DNA of 64,000 bases from Verrucomicrobiota bacterium (GTDB lineage Bacteria > Verrucomicrobiota > Verrucomicrobiia > Limisphaerales > CANJXF01): contig JBBQRQ010000001.1 of NCBI GenBank assembly GCA_038214755.1, forward strand, positions 32,001 through 96,000. The letters are read 5' to 3'. A program made the position numbers and the translations under genes. Shown here in pieces: positions 56,006 to 64,000 of this stretch. Numbering within the stretch: position 1 is the first letter of the stretch; every line of letters starts with the position of its first letter. The notes below the pieces were generated by a model. The model saw only the letters and a list, made by a program, of their open reading frames with translations, searched no databases and had not been told where the DNA came from.

Positions 56006-56389
56006 ATGGAACCCGCGATCCAATCCGTGCGAATTGATAAATGGCTCTGGTCGGTCCGGCTCTACAAATCCCGGAGCATGGCGAGTGAGGCTTGTGCGAG
56101 GGGCCAAGTGAATGTCAACGGACAACCGGCTAAAGCCTCGCGTTGCGTAAAACCCGGCGACGTCATCACCGCGCTCGTTGGTGATCTCAATCGGAGCATC
56201 AAAGTCATCGCGCTGCTCGACCAACGTGTCGGCGCAAAACTGGTCAGCCAATTTCTCGAAGACCTCACCTCTCCCGCCGAATACGCCAGGCCCAAAGAGA
56301 AAAATTTCCAGCCATTTATTTTTCGGCCCAAGGGAAGCGGACGCCCGACAAAAAAAGAACGCCGCAGCATCCAGGGATTTTTCCAGTAG
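56006..56389 (+). CDS. hslR: S4-domain ribosome-associated heat shock protein 15
   Basis: RIDKWLWSVRLYKSRS.A, GRPTKKERR. Confidence 0.9.
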   Translation: MEPAIQSVRIDKWLWSVRLYKSRSMASEACARGQVNVNGQPAKASRCVKPGDVITALVGDLNRSIKVIALLDQRVGAKLVSQFLEDLTSPAEYARPKEKNFQPFIFRPKGSGRPTKKERRSIQGFFQ

Positions 56390-56406
56390 CTTTTTACCTT
56401 CGCAAA

Positions 56407-56859
56407 ATGAGAGCGGTTATCCAGCGAGTTTCCAAAGCCAGCGTCACCATTGGGGGAGCCACGAAAAGTTCGATAGGCCCGGGGCTTCACGTTTTGTTGG
56501 CTGTCGAGGAAACTGACAGCGTAGAAGACATCGAATGGTTGAGCGGGAAAATTGTGCGCTTGAGAATTTTCGATGATGAGTCGGGCGTGATGAATTGTTC
56601 CGTGCAGGAAATTGGCGGCGAGATTCTGGTCGTCAGCCAATTCACGTTGTTCGCCAGCACGAAGAAAGGAAATCGTCCTTCTTACTCTCGTTCCGCGCGG
56701 CCAGAGATCGCCATCCCGATTTACGAGAAATTTCTGGCGAAGTTGACAGCGGATTTTGGAAAACAAATTGAGACCGGAGAGTTCCGCGCCCACGTGAAAG
56801 TGAGCCTGACCAACGACGGCCCGGTGACGATCATCATTGATTCCAAAAATCGCGAATGA
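56407..56859 (+). CDS. dtd: D-aminoacyl-tRNA deacylase
   Basis: MRAVIQRV, VSQFTL, NDGPVT. Confidence 0.95.
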   Translation: MRAVIQRVSKASVTIGGATKSSIGPGLHVLLAVEETDSVEDIEWLSGKIVRLRIFDDESGVMNCSVQEIGGEILVVSQFTLFASTKKGNRPSYSRSARPEIAIPIYEKFLAKLTADFGKQIETGEFRAHVKVSLTNDGPVTIIIDSKNRE

Positions 56860-56870
56860 TCAAAGTCGCA

Positions 56871-57102
56871 TCGTAGCCGCCGACGTGAGGAGGCGGAGAA
56901 CCTAATGAATCGGGGTAGCATCTGCCTCCGGCGGTTGCGAAGAATTTTTCGCGGAGCGCCGATCTCCTGATCGGCAGGGACCAGTCCTCAAGGCACGAGC
57001 CGATCGGGAGATCGGCGTTCCGAAAGAGATTTTTTTCGCACCCGCCGGGGGCAGATGCTACCCCGTTTTAGACCATCCGCCTCCTCACGTCGGCGGCTAC
57101 GA
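56871..57102. repeat. Nested palindrome: family A > family B (56911-57065) > family C (56952-57022)
   Basis: Three concentric doublets, each also found stand-alone elsewhere in the window. Confidence 0.93.
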
Positions 57103-57128
57103 CATCGCCAAAATCCAGACGCGAATGA

Positions 57129-57707
57129 TCAAAGGCCGCTGCCACGATGGCGAATGAGTTCCAAAAATTCCGTGCGCGTGCGCGCGTCATCGCGAAAACG
57201 GCCGAGCATCGCGGAAGTGATCGCGTAGGAATTTTGTTTCTCCACTCCGCGCATCATCATGCAGAGATGCTGCGCTTCGATGACCACCCCGACGCCATCG
57301 GCCTTAATTAGATCGAGAATGGTGCGGGCGATTTCGTGGGTCATCCGTTCCTGCACTTGAAGTCTGCGCGCAAAAACGTCAACCAGGCGCGGCAATTTGG
57401 AGAGGCCAATTACTTTTCCCGTGGGCAGATAGGCGATGTGACATTTTCCAAAAAACGGGAGCATGTGATGTTCGCACAAGCTGTAAAAATCGATGTCCTT
57501 GACGATGACCATTTCGTCAGACTCGACCTCGAAAAGCGCGTTGTTGAGGACGGTTTTTGGATCGCTCTGGTAACCTTTCGTCAAAAATTCCAGAGACTCC
57601 GCCACTCGTATCGGAGTGCGTTTCAATCCATCGCGATTTGGATTTTCGCCCAGCAACTCGATTTGTTTTTTCACCAGGCGCGCGAGTTGGTCGGTCTGTT
57701 TTTTCAT
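57129..57707 (-). CDS. folE: GTP cyclohydrolase I
   Basis: [35 protein letters not shown]. Confidence 0.97.
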   Translation of the reverse strand: MKKQTDQLARLVKKQIELLGENPNRDGLKRTPIRVAESLEFLTKGYQSDPKTVLNNALFEVESDEMVIVKDIDFYSLCEHHMLPFFGKCHIAYLPTGKVIGLSKLPRLVDVFARRLQVQERMTHEIARTILDLIKADGVGVVIEAQHLCMMMRGVEKQNSYAITSAMLGRFRDDARTRTEFLELIRHRGSGL

Positions 57708-57853
57708 CGGAGAAAAGGTTGAACCATCGCCTGACTGCCGTCCAGTCTTTCGGTTCCGTTTGACGTCGCGTTTCGACAAATCGGTGATGATTTATAGCAC
57801 CAACCCGACCGAGGAAGATTGCTGAACCCGACTCTGCCGTTTGGACAACTTTA

Positions 57854-57869
57854 TGTTGCATATGCAACA
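57854..57869. promoter_or_regulatory. Perfect 16-bp palindrome TGTTGCATATGCAACA, putative operator
   Basis: Spacer-less AT-rich palindrome in the divergent folE/asmA-like gap. Confidence 0.55.
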
Positions 57870-57963
57870 CAAACTTGTCCCGCGTCTCGAATGTTTATTT
57901 TATTGTGTGTCCCGAATATTCTCGTTTGACAGAATTTTCAGGCAGCGACACTATCGGTCCGTT

Positions 57964-58722
57964 ATGAAAAAGTGGGTTCTCCGAGTTGGGGTGATTGTCC
58001 TGGTTCTCGTCATTGCGCTGCTGGCGGGCGTTTTTATTTCCCTGAATTCCATCGTGAAAAAGGGCGTGGAAACTGTCGGTCCGCAATTGACCCAAACCGA
58101 TGTCCGCCTCGGCAGCGCGAAATTATCGCCGATGTCCGGCAACGGCGAGTTGAGCAAATTGTTCGTGGGCAATCCAGAAGGTTACAAAACTCCATCGGCG
58201 ATTGAGGTGAAAAATGTCAAAGTGGCCGTGAAACTTTCCTCGGTTTTGTCGAAGACGATTGTCATCGATGAAATAAATCTGCAAGCGCCGGAGATTAATT
58301 TTGAAGGAGGATTGACCGGAAATAATTTGATGAAAATTTTGAAAAATCTGGAGGGCGCGCCGGACGATGTGAAGACGACTCCGAATGGAAAATCCGCCAG
58401 CGAAGGCGCGCGAAAATATTTCGTGAAAGATGTCGTGATCGACGGCGGACTGATCCATGTCAACGTCAGCGCGCTCGGCAACACCCAGGCGTTCACGGTT
58501 CCGCTCCCGCCGATTCATTTGGAGAATATCGGTTCGGAAAATAATGGCGTGACCGCCGCGCAACTTTGCAAAGAAATCATGAAACCCCTCGTGGCCAGCG
58601 CGATGAAGTCCGGCATGGAAGCCGTCGCGGGACTCGGCTCGAAGGTCAAAGAGATCGGCAAAGGCGCCACGGAGCAGATCGACAAAACCACTTCGGGACT
58701 GAAAGGGATTTTCAAGAAATAA
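57964..58722 (+). CDS. AsmA/DUF748-like membrane-anchored protein
   Basis: N-terminal TM, VGNPEGY, IVIDEI, LPPIHLENIG. Confidence 0.75.
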   Translation: MKKWVLRVGVIVLVLVIALLAGVFISLNSIVKKGVETVGPQLTQTDVRLGSAKLSPMSGNGELSKLFVGNPEGYKTPSAIEVKNVKVAVKLSSVLSKTIVIDEINLQAPEINFEGGLTGNNLMKILKNLEGAPDDVKTTPNGKSASEGARKYFVKDVVIDGGLIHVNVSALGNTQAFTVPLPPIHLENIGSENNGVTAAQLCKEIMKPLVASAMKSGMEAVAGLGSKVKEIGKGATEQIDKTTSGLKGIFKK

Positions 58723-58737
58723 CGCGGATTTTTATTT

Positions 58738-59190
58738 ATGAGCATGATCAAAGAATTCAAAGAGTTTGCCCTGCGCGGCAACGTGGTGGACTTAGCAGTC
58801 GGCATCATCATCGGCGGCGCATTCGGGAAAATCGTAACCTCACTGGTCAACGACATCTTTATGCCTCCAATTGGCAAAGCACTGGGAGGAGTGGATTTCA
58901 AAGAGTTGTTCTATAATCTTGACCCGAGCAAAACGACCAAACTTGGCGCGCACGTAAAAACTTTGGCGGACGCCACGGACGCGGGAGCGGCTGTGATTAG
59001 GTACGGTTTGTTCATCAACACCGTGATTGAGTTTATCATCGTGGCATTTTGCATTTTCCTCGTCGTAAAAGGAATGAACTCGTTGAAGAAAAAACCCGAT
59101 CTAACTCCGCCTCCCCCTGCGCCTCCGACAAAGGAAGAAGTATTGCTCACTGAAATTCGTGACACTCTTCGTAGTCGGAATCTATCGTAG
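58738..59190 (+). CDS. mscL: Large-conductance mechanosensitive channel
   Basis: [35 protein letters not shown]. Confidence 0.97.
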   Translation: MSMIKEFKEFALRGNVVDLAVGIIIGGAFGKIVTSLVNDIFMPPIGKALGGVDFKELFYNLDPSKTTKLGAHVKTLADATDAGAAVIRYGLFINTVIEFIIVAFCIFLVVKGMNSLKKKPDLTPPPPAPPTKEEVLLTEIRDTLRSRNLS

Positions 59191-59394
59191 CCGCCGACAT
59201 GAGGAGAACACCACTGCGAAACGCCGGGCATCGGCACCCCAATCCTGAATTGGTAGGGCGAGTCACTCCGTGCGCGCCGTCCCTGGGTCGTATGTTACTC
59301 GGCGCGCACGGAGTGACGCGCCCTACCTTGAGCTTCGTGGGTAAGCGGATTTCGGACTGAAAAACACAAATCGCCTTCTCACGTCGGCGGCTAC
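59187..59394. repeat. Nested palindrome: eroded family A > family D (GGTAGGGCGAGTCACTCCGTGCGCGCCG..., 59252-59327)
   Basis: The GTAG of the A arm supplies the mscL TAG stop. Confidence 0.88.
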
Positions 59395-59399
59395 ACCTT

Positions 59400-60320
59400 G
59401 TGAAACTGCTTCTACTCCTATTGCTAATGACAGGAGCTTTGGTGGGTTGCTTTACCTCCACTTACAGGTCAAGCCATCCTATAAATGTGCTCACTACAAA
59501 CGTTCCACCGGACGTGCAAGTCAGCATGACTAATACCGTTCCTGACCCACTTACCGTTAAACTGGAACCCGGCCTGGAGAAGGCTTTGGTTCGAGCAATA
59601 GAGTCAGTAGCAAAACAAACCAACGGCACGATAGTCATACAGCCAACCAACGCCACGCCTACGATCGTTACAATTCAGGTGACCAACCCTATGGCGTTGC
59701 CCGATACGTTCACGTTCAGGCCAGATACCAACACCGCGCAATTATTGCACGACATCAAAAATAAAAAGAGTGGCGTGACCGACTTGCTTCTCGGCAGCGC
59801 GCTTACCTTGTTGGGAAGTCTGGTTGTGCTGGGCATCGGCAAATATTCTGAGAAGAGAAGGTCCACCAACATTCTTCTGGCAATACGGCGGGAGATCGAA
59901 GCATTGCGGAAAGTCTATGCAACCAACCTGCGCTCTATCCTGAACCAGGTACCGGCCGATGGAATTTTTCCAGAACGCGCGTCGCTGACTGTCAATTGGT
60001 TTGCCGTTTATGAAGGCAATACCGAATACCTCGGACGTTTCGATCCAGAGACTGCTCAGAAACTGATCCTTGCTCATGCCAGTTTGAAAAGCTTGATAGA
60101 ATCCTACCGGCTCAACAACACCCTCCTGGATCAATGGGGAGTAGTGAGTCAAAGCTATCAGCCCGCACAAGGGACCTTCGGTCAGGAAATGACTCCGCCG
60201 GAAAGGATCATTTACAAACTCCTTCAACTCAGGCTACCTGAGATTAAAGCCGCCGACACGACCATGGAAAACAATGTCAACGACCTCCTGGCCCACCTTG
60301 ACCAGAAAGGTATCAACTAA
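59400..60320 (+). CDS. Hypothetical membrane protein (lipobox-like LVGC, Thr/Asn-rich region, TM, helical domain)
   Basis: 306 aa ORF; atypical codon usage. Confidence 0.68.
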   Translation: MKLLLLLLLMTGALVGCFTSTYRSSHPINVLTTNVPPDVQVSMTNTVPDPLTVKLEPGLEKALVRAIESVAKQTNGTIVIQPTNATPTIVTIQVTNPMALPDTFTFRPDTNTAQLLHDIKNKKSGVTDLLLGSALTLLGSLVVLGIGKYSEKRRSTNILLAIRREIEALRKVYATNLRSILNQVPADGIFPERASLTVNWFAVYEGNTEYLGRFDPETAQKLILAHASLKSLIESYRLNNTLLDQWGVVSQSYQPAQGTFGQEMTPPERIIYKLLQLRLPEIKAADTTMENNVNDLLAHLDQKGIN

Positions 60321-60357
60321 TCACACAAGACCTCTCGTATCGCAAAAAATTATAGCT

Positions 60358-62157
60358 ATGACTATTACAAAACAAAAGAACGGCTTCTCCGTCAAAGCCT
60401 ATCAAGGAGATGCCAAGGCACTTCTCGCTTTCAACCTATCCGCGGCGAAGACGAAGAACCTCGCCGGGTTCACCATTCAATTTCGTCCTGAAGGCAAACC
60501 ATCCTTCTATTTGTCAAATAGCTTGCAGTTCAAGGACCCATCCCAACATGTGCAAGACGCTACCTTGCCTCCTACCTCCAGCATCAATGCTCCTATCCAT
60601 AAGTTTCGATGGGTGCATGTTCCCGGCTCCTTGCAACAAGGGACAAAACCTTTTTACGGAACCTATACCTATACCGTGACGCCGCGCTATTTCGATGACA
60701 ATGGTTCAATGATAGCGATCGATCCAACGTTAAGCGTGGCAGTGGCAGTGAAGGTAGGGCCTTTCGCCAAAGATAAAATTGAAGCAGCCTTTACCAGAGG
60801 CTTCACCCAGTCGCAGGCTTTCGTGCATCACTTCGGCCCGAAAGCAATCTTCCGCCCGAAAGAGAAGGAGTTGCTATTCGATACCTCACAAGTCTCCGGC
60901 AAAAACAGCGCGGGGCATGACTATACCTTTGCCGAGGAATACGAATGGCTTGGCTATACCGCGCGGGAAAAAATCTTTACGCTCGCCAATGAAGTCTTGA
61001 ACAACAAGCAGCTTCGTCTGGACGTGTTCGCCTATGACTTGAATGAACCTGGCTTGATGAAACTGTTTTTGGAATTAGCCAAGCAAGGACGCATCCGCGT
61101 GATTCTCGACGATGCAGCACTACACCACGACTCGGATGCGACCAAACCGGAAGACCAGTTTGAGGGACTATTCAACAAAGCAGCCAAGGCGCCGGCGGGA
61201 ATCTTGCGCGGAAACTTTGGCCGGTATGCGCATAACAAGGTCTTCATCGTATCGAAGGGTAAAAAGGCAGTTAAAGTCCTCACCGGCTCAACTAACTTCT
61301 CTATCACGGGTTTGTATGTGAACTCCAACCATGTGTTGATCTTCAATGATCCACTGGTAGCGGCCACTTACTCGCAGGTCTTCACCGACGCATGGGACGG
61401 AAAAGTCTCCGTTAAGTTCAACCAGACGACAGAAGCAGGCAAGGTATTCTCCTTTACTACCGGGTCGAAGGTTGAAGTCACCTTCTCACCTCACGCGGAA
61501 ACGTTTGCCACGGAGATTCTCGACAAGATGGCCGCGCGTATTGCCGAGGAAGGAAAACAAAAAAATGGCAGCGTCCTGTTTGCCGTGATGGGACTTGATG
61601 AAGGGACTGGACCGATTTTTCCCACGTTGAAGGAACTGCATAGTAACGAAACTATTTTCAGTTATGGCATCTCCGACACGCCGGGCGGAATCTACCTTTA
61701 TACCCGACGCAAGAAGACTGGCGTGCTCGTCAGTGGGAGACCTACTCGCACCAAGCTGCCTCCACCCTTTGACCAGGTTCCCGGTGTAGGCATAGGTCAT
61801 CAGGTGCACCATAAATTCGTCGTATGTGGTTTCAATGGTAACAACCCGGTCGTCTATTGCGGTTCATCAAACCTCGCTCTGCTGGGAGAACAGGTTAATG
61901 GCGATAACCTTCTCGCCATATACGATGGCGACATCGCGACCGTCTTCGCTATCGAAGCGCTCGCCTTGGTGGATCATTTTGATTTTCTCGATCGAAGTGC
62001 GGAGAAGGCGAAAGTAAGTCCCGCGAAAATCCTATCCGCCTCCCGGCAACAACAAGCAATCCAGGCGGGTTGGTTTTTATCTACTACTGATAAGTGGACC
62101 ATTCCCTATTTCGACGCCAATGATCTGCATTGCGTTGACCGGTTGCTTTTCGCTTAA
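60358..62157 (+). CDS. Phospholipase D-superfamily protein (nuclease-like), two HxK motifs
   Basis: HNKVFIVS...TGSTN and HHKFVVCG...CGSSN; no signal peptide. Confidence 0.85.
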   Translation: MTITKQKNGFSVKAYQGDAKALLAFNLSAAKTKNLAGFTIQFRPEGKPSFYLSNSLQFKDPSQHVQDATLPPTSSINAPIHKFRWVHVPGSLQQGTKPFYGTYTYTVTPRYFDDNGSMIAIDPTLSVAVAVKVGPFAKDKIEAAFTRGFTQSQAFVHHFGPKAIFRPKEKELLFDTSQVSGKNSAGHDYTFAEEYEWLGYTAREKIFTLANEVLNNKQLRLDVFAYDLNEPGLMKLFLELAKQGRIRVILDDAALHHDSDATKPEDQFEGLFNKAAKAPAGILRGNFGRYAHNKVFIVSKGKKAVKVLTGSTNFSITGLYVNSNHVLIFNDPLVAATYSQVFTDAWDGKVSVKFNQTTEAGKVFSFTTGSKVEVTFSPHAETFATEILDKMAARIAEEGKQKNGSVLFAVMGLDEGTGPIFPTLKELHSNETIFSYGISDTPGGIYLYTRRKKTGVLVSGRPTRTKLPPPFDQVPGVGIGHQVHHKFVVCGFNGNNPVVYCGSSNLALLGEQVNGDNLLAIYDGDIATVFAIEALALVDHFDFLDRSAEKAKVSPAKILSASRQQQAIQAGWFLSTTDKWTIPYFDANDLHCVDRLLFA

Positions 62158-62167
62158 CCGGAATCAG

Positions 62168-62641
62168 TCAGTAAAAAGAAACGCTCGACCTCACCCCGGC
62201 CCTCTCCTCCGAGGAGAGGGAGAATTGTTTGCCGCGTTTTGGTAACGCCTGACGAACTGGGTTGTGATGCGCGTTCTTTTGCGAATGACCCGAAGGCGGG
62301 AATGACACAACGAGCTTCCGAACTTTCCAGAGACGCCGATACTATTCCCTCTCCTCGGGGGAGAGGGTTAGGGTGAGGGCGAGCAATCTCTAACTGGAAC
62401 TCTAATTAACGGAACTATTTTCAGTGAAGAGAAACGCTCGACCTCACCCCGGCCCTCTCCTCCGAGGAGAGGGAGAATTGTTTGCCGCGTTTTGGTAACG
62501 CCTGACGAACTGGGTTGTGATGCGCGTTCTTTTGCGAATGACCCGAAGGCGGGAACGGAACAACGAGTCTCCGAACTTCCAAGAGACGCCGATACTATTC
62601 CCTCTCCTCGGGGGAGAGGGTTTAGGGTGAGGGCGAGCAAT
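62168..62641. repeat. Tandem duplication (253-bp period) of a family I doublet including its spacer
   Basis: 62168-62387 nearly identical to 62421-62641; a further arm at ~62695-62735. Confidence 0.92.
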
Positions 62642-62741
62642 TTTTCCACTGACTGGTTACGTTTAGATGGACAGATATTTCGGGGAGACGGTAGAGAATT
62701 CTCCTTCTCCTTGGGGAGAAGGCCGGGATGAGGGAGTGCCT

Positions 62742-63314
62742 TCAAACAAACTTTTCTGTCCCGCTCAACTTCTTGATTTCCCTTGCCAAAAGATCAGCCT
62801 GCATTTCCAACGCCGCATTTTCCAGTTCAAGCTGCTTTGTCCATTCATCCAGCACGCCGGGTTTCTCGTAACTATGGTAGCAGCCGACGTGAGGAGGCTC
62901 ACTTCAAACTCGGAACAAGTCAGAGCCTCCTTACGTCGGCTGCTACCTGGAAAGGAATTCCGCGACCACGGCAATTTCCCGTTGCAACGTTTCATGCAGA
63001 CGTTTCAATTGCGCGAGTTCCTCCACGTCCTTGAAATCCAGTTTCGCCCAGCCTTGACGCAGGATGAAGGCTTGCGGGTCATCCGCGATTTCGCGCAGCG
63101 TCTCGATGGCGGCGGTCAGCTTGTGATACGTCTCCAGCTTGTCCGGCTCGTGCGCGAAACGGTCGGGATGATACAGCTTCACCCGCTTCCGCCACAGCCG
63201 CGCCAGTTCCGCTTCCTCCTCGGCGGCCCGACGAGTCGGAAGTGCTCCCGACAAAGTTGGAACTATTTCACGGGGCTGGCGGCTGCACTGACGTATTCCA
63301 CAGAGCGAGCGCAA
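62742..63314 (-). pseudogene. J-domain gene remnant interrupted by a family A-variant doublet (62876-62947)
   Basis: LWRK.VKLYHPDRF; frame stops at the repeat and resumes as YEKPGVLDEWTKQLE... Confidence 0.72.
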
Positions 63315-63349
63315 TGTTCAAATCCTGAATGTTCAAATCCTGAAACCAA

Positions 63350-63952
63350 TTAAAAGCCATCGGTCTTGCGGAGCGTTTCGTTGGAGAAAAGAGTGTCGAG
63401 CGCCAAAGTGAATTCTGGCAACGCCGCGCTGGTGAGCGTCCCGCCCGACCCGTGGATGGCATATTCGATAAATTGGCCATCCTTTGGTTGCCGATAAACT
63501 TCAATTTGCTTTTCCGGTCCGAGGACTAACCAGCACTCCTTTACCCCGGCGATGGCGTAAGCGCGCAACTTCGAGCGATCGTAATCGTGGCTGGTCACAC
63601 AGACCTCGACTACCAACTCCGCGGTGCCGGGATGACCAGTGAGGAAATCCTTCGCTTCTCCACAAACCACAGAAATATCCGGCTCCGGTTCCGAATCTTG
63701 GCAAACAATCGGTTGCTCGGAACGAACTAGATGGTTTATGCGCTTCACCGACTGCAACAGTTCGATCAAGCTAAACACCAAAAAACTATGTAGAGGTGTT
63801 TTTGGCAGTTTTTTGTAAACGAACCCGTAAAGAAGCTCGGTATTTTTCGGAATCAATCCCGCCTCGCCCAACACGTGATACGCCGCCACCGAAAGTGGCC
63901 AGAGTTGTGCGCCACGTAAGGGCGTCGTTGGAGTCTCAACCGCAGTTGTCAT
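63350..63952 (-). CDS. Uma2-family (DUF820) endonuclease-like protein
   Basis: ELLYG, SEPEPDISV, LVVEV, DRSKLRAYAIAGVKECWLV. Confidence 0.9.
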   Translation of the reverse strand: MTTAVETPTTPLRGAQLWPLSVAAYHVLGEAGLIPKNTELLYGFVYKKLPKTPLHSFLVFSLIELLQSVKRINHLVRSEQPIVCQDSEPEPDISVVCGEAKDFLTGHPGTAELVVEVCVTSHDYDRSKLRAYAIAGVKECWLVLGPEKQIEVYRQPKDGQFIEYAIHGSGGTLTSAALPEFTLALDTLFSNETLRKTDGF

Positions 63953-64000
63953 GGAGCAAATTATACTTGGCGCAAGATTGTCTGCAAGATGGAATCCCAG

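Noticed and set aside
63313..63343. 15-bp tandem duplication AATGTTCAAATCCTG
   Set aside because: Two copies only; likely slippage
62368..63353. ORFs 62368-62745, 62492-62731 and 62667-63353
   Set aside because: Translations of repeats or antisense to the J-domain remnant
1..64000. CRISPR array
   Set aside because: Repeats are dispersed inverted doublets, not regularly spaced direct repeats with unique spacers; no cas genes

Overview
64 kb of bacterial chromosome, most likely Verrucomicrobiota (Pedosphaerales-like). This is inferred from DUF1501/DUF1549-DUF1553, DUF6797, ThuA and H-X9-DG prepilin-type genes; no search was run. The backbone is housekeeping: mqnD, ilvB with a Val/Ile/Leu leader-peptide attenuator, tRNA-Arg(CCG), an ECF sigma/anti-sigma operon, gatC/gatA, yicC-gmk-kdsA-lptA-like-lptB-hprK-ptsH, a DnaJ-class protein, a KdgK-like kinase, mpl, an OppF-like ATPase, hslR, dtd, folE and mscL. 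Three layers of unusual structure lie on top. (1) At least ten families of short palindromic repeats, mostly starting GTAG/GGAG, plus a repeat-flanked IS200/RAYT-type Y1 transposase. They nest inside one another up to three elements deep, donate stop codons to genes, and sit in frame inside four ORFs, including the LptA-like gene. (2) Three cases (sulfatase, D-aminoacylase, gatA) where a diverged copy of a gene's downstream part lies about 1 kb after it, bracketing small cargo genes, plus several orphan gene-end remnants. This suggests serial gene capture by 3'-end replacement. (3) About ten intact or decaying toxin-antitoxin-type modules, a shattered TIR-Roc-DUF4365 gene and a PLD-nuclease-like cassette. 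No CRISPR array, rRNA, integrase or reverse transcriptase was seen. All family calls come from motif recognition by eye.
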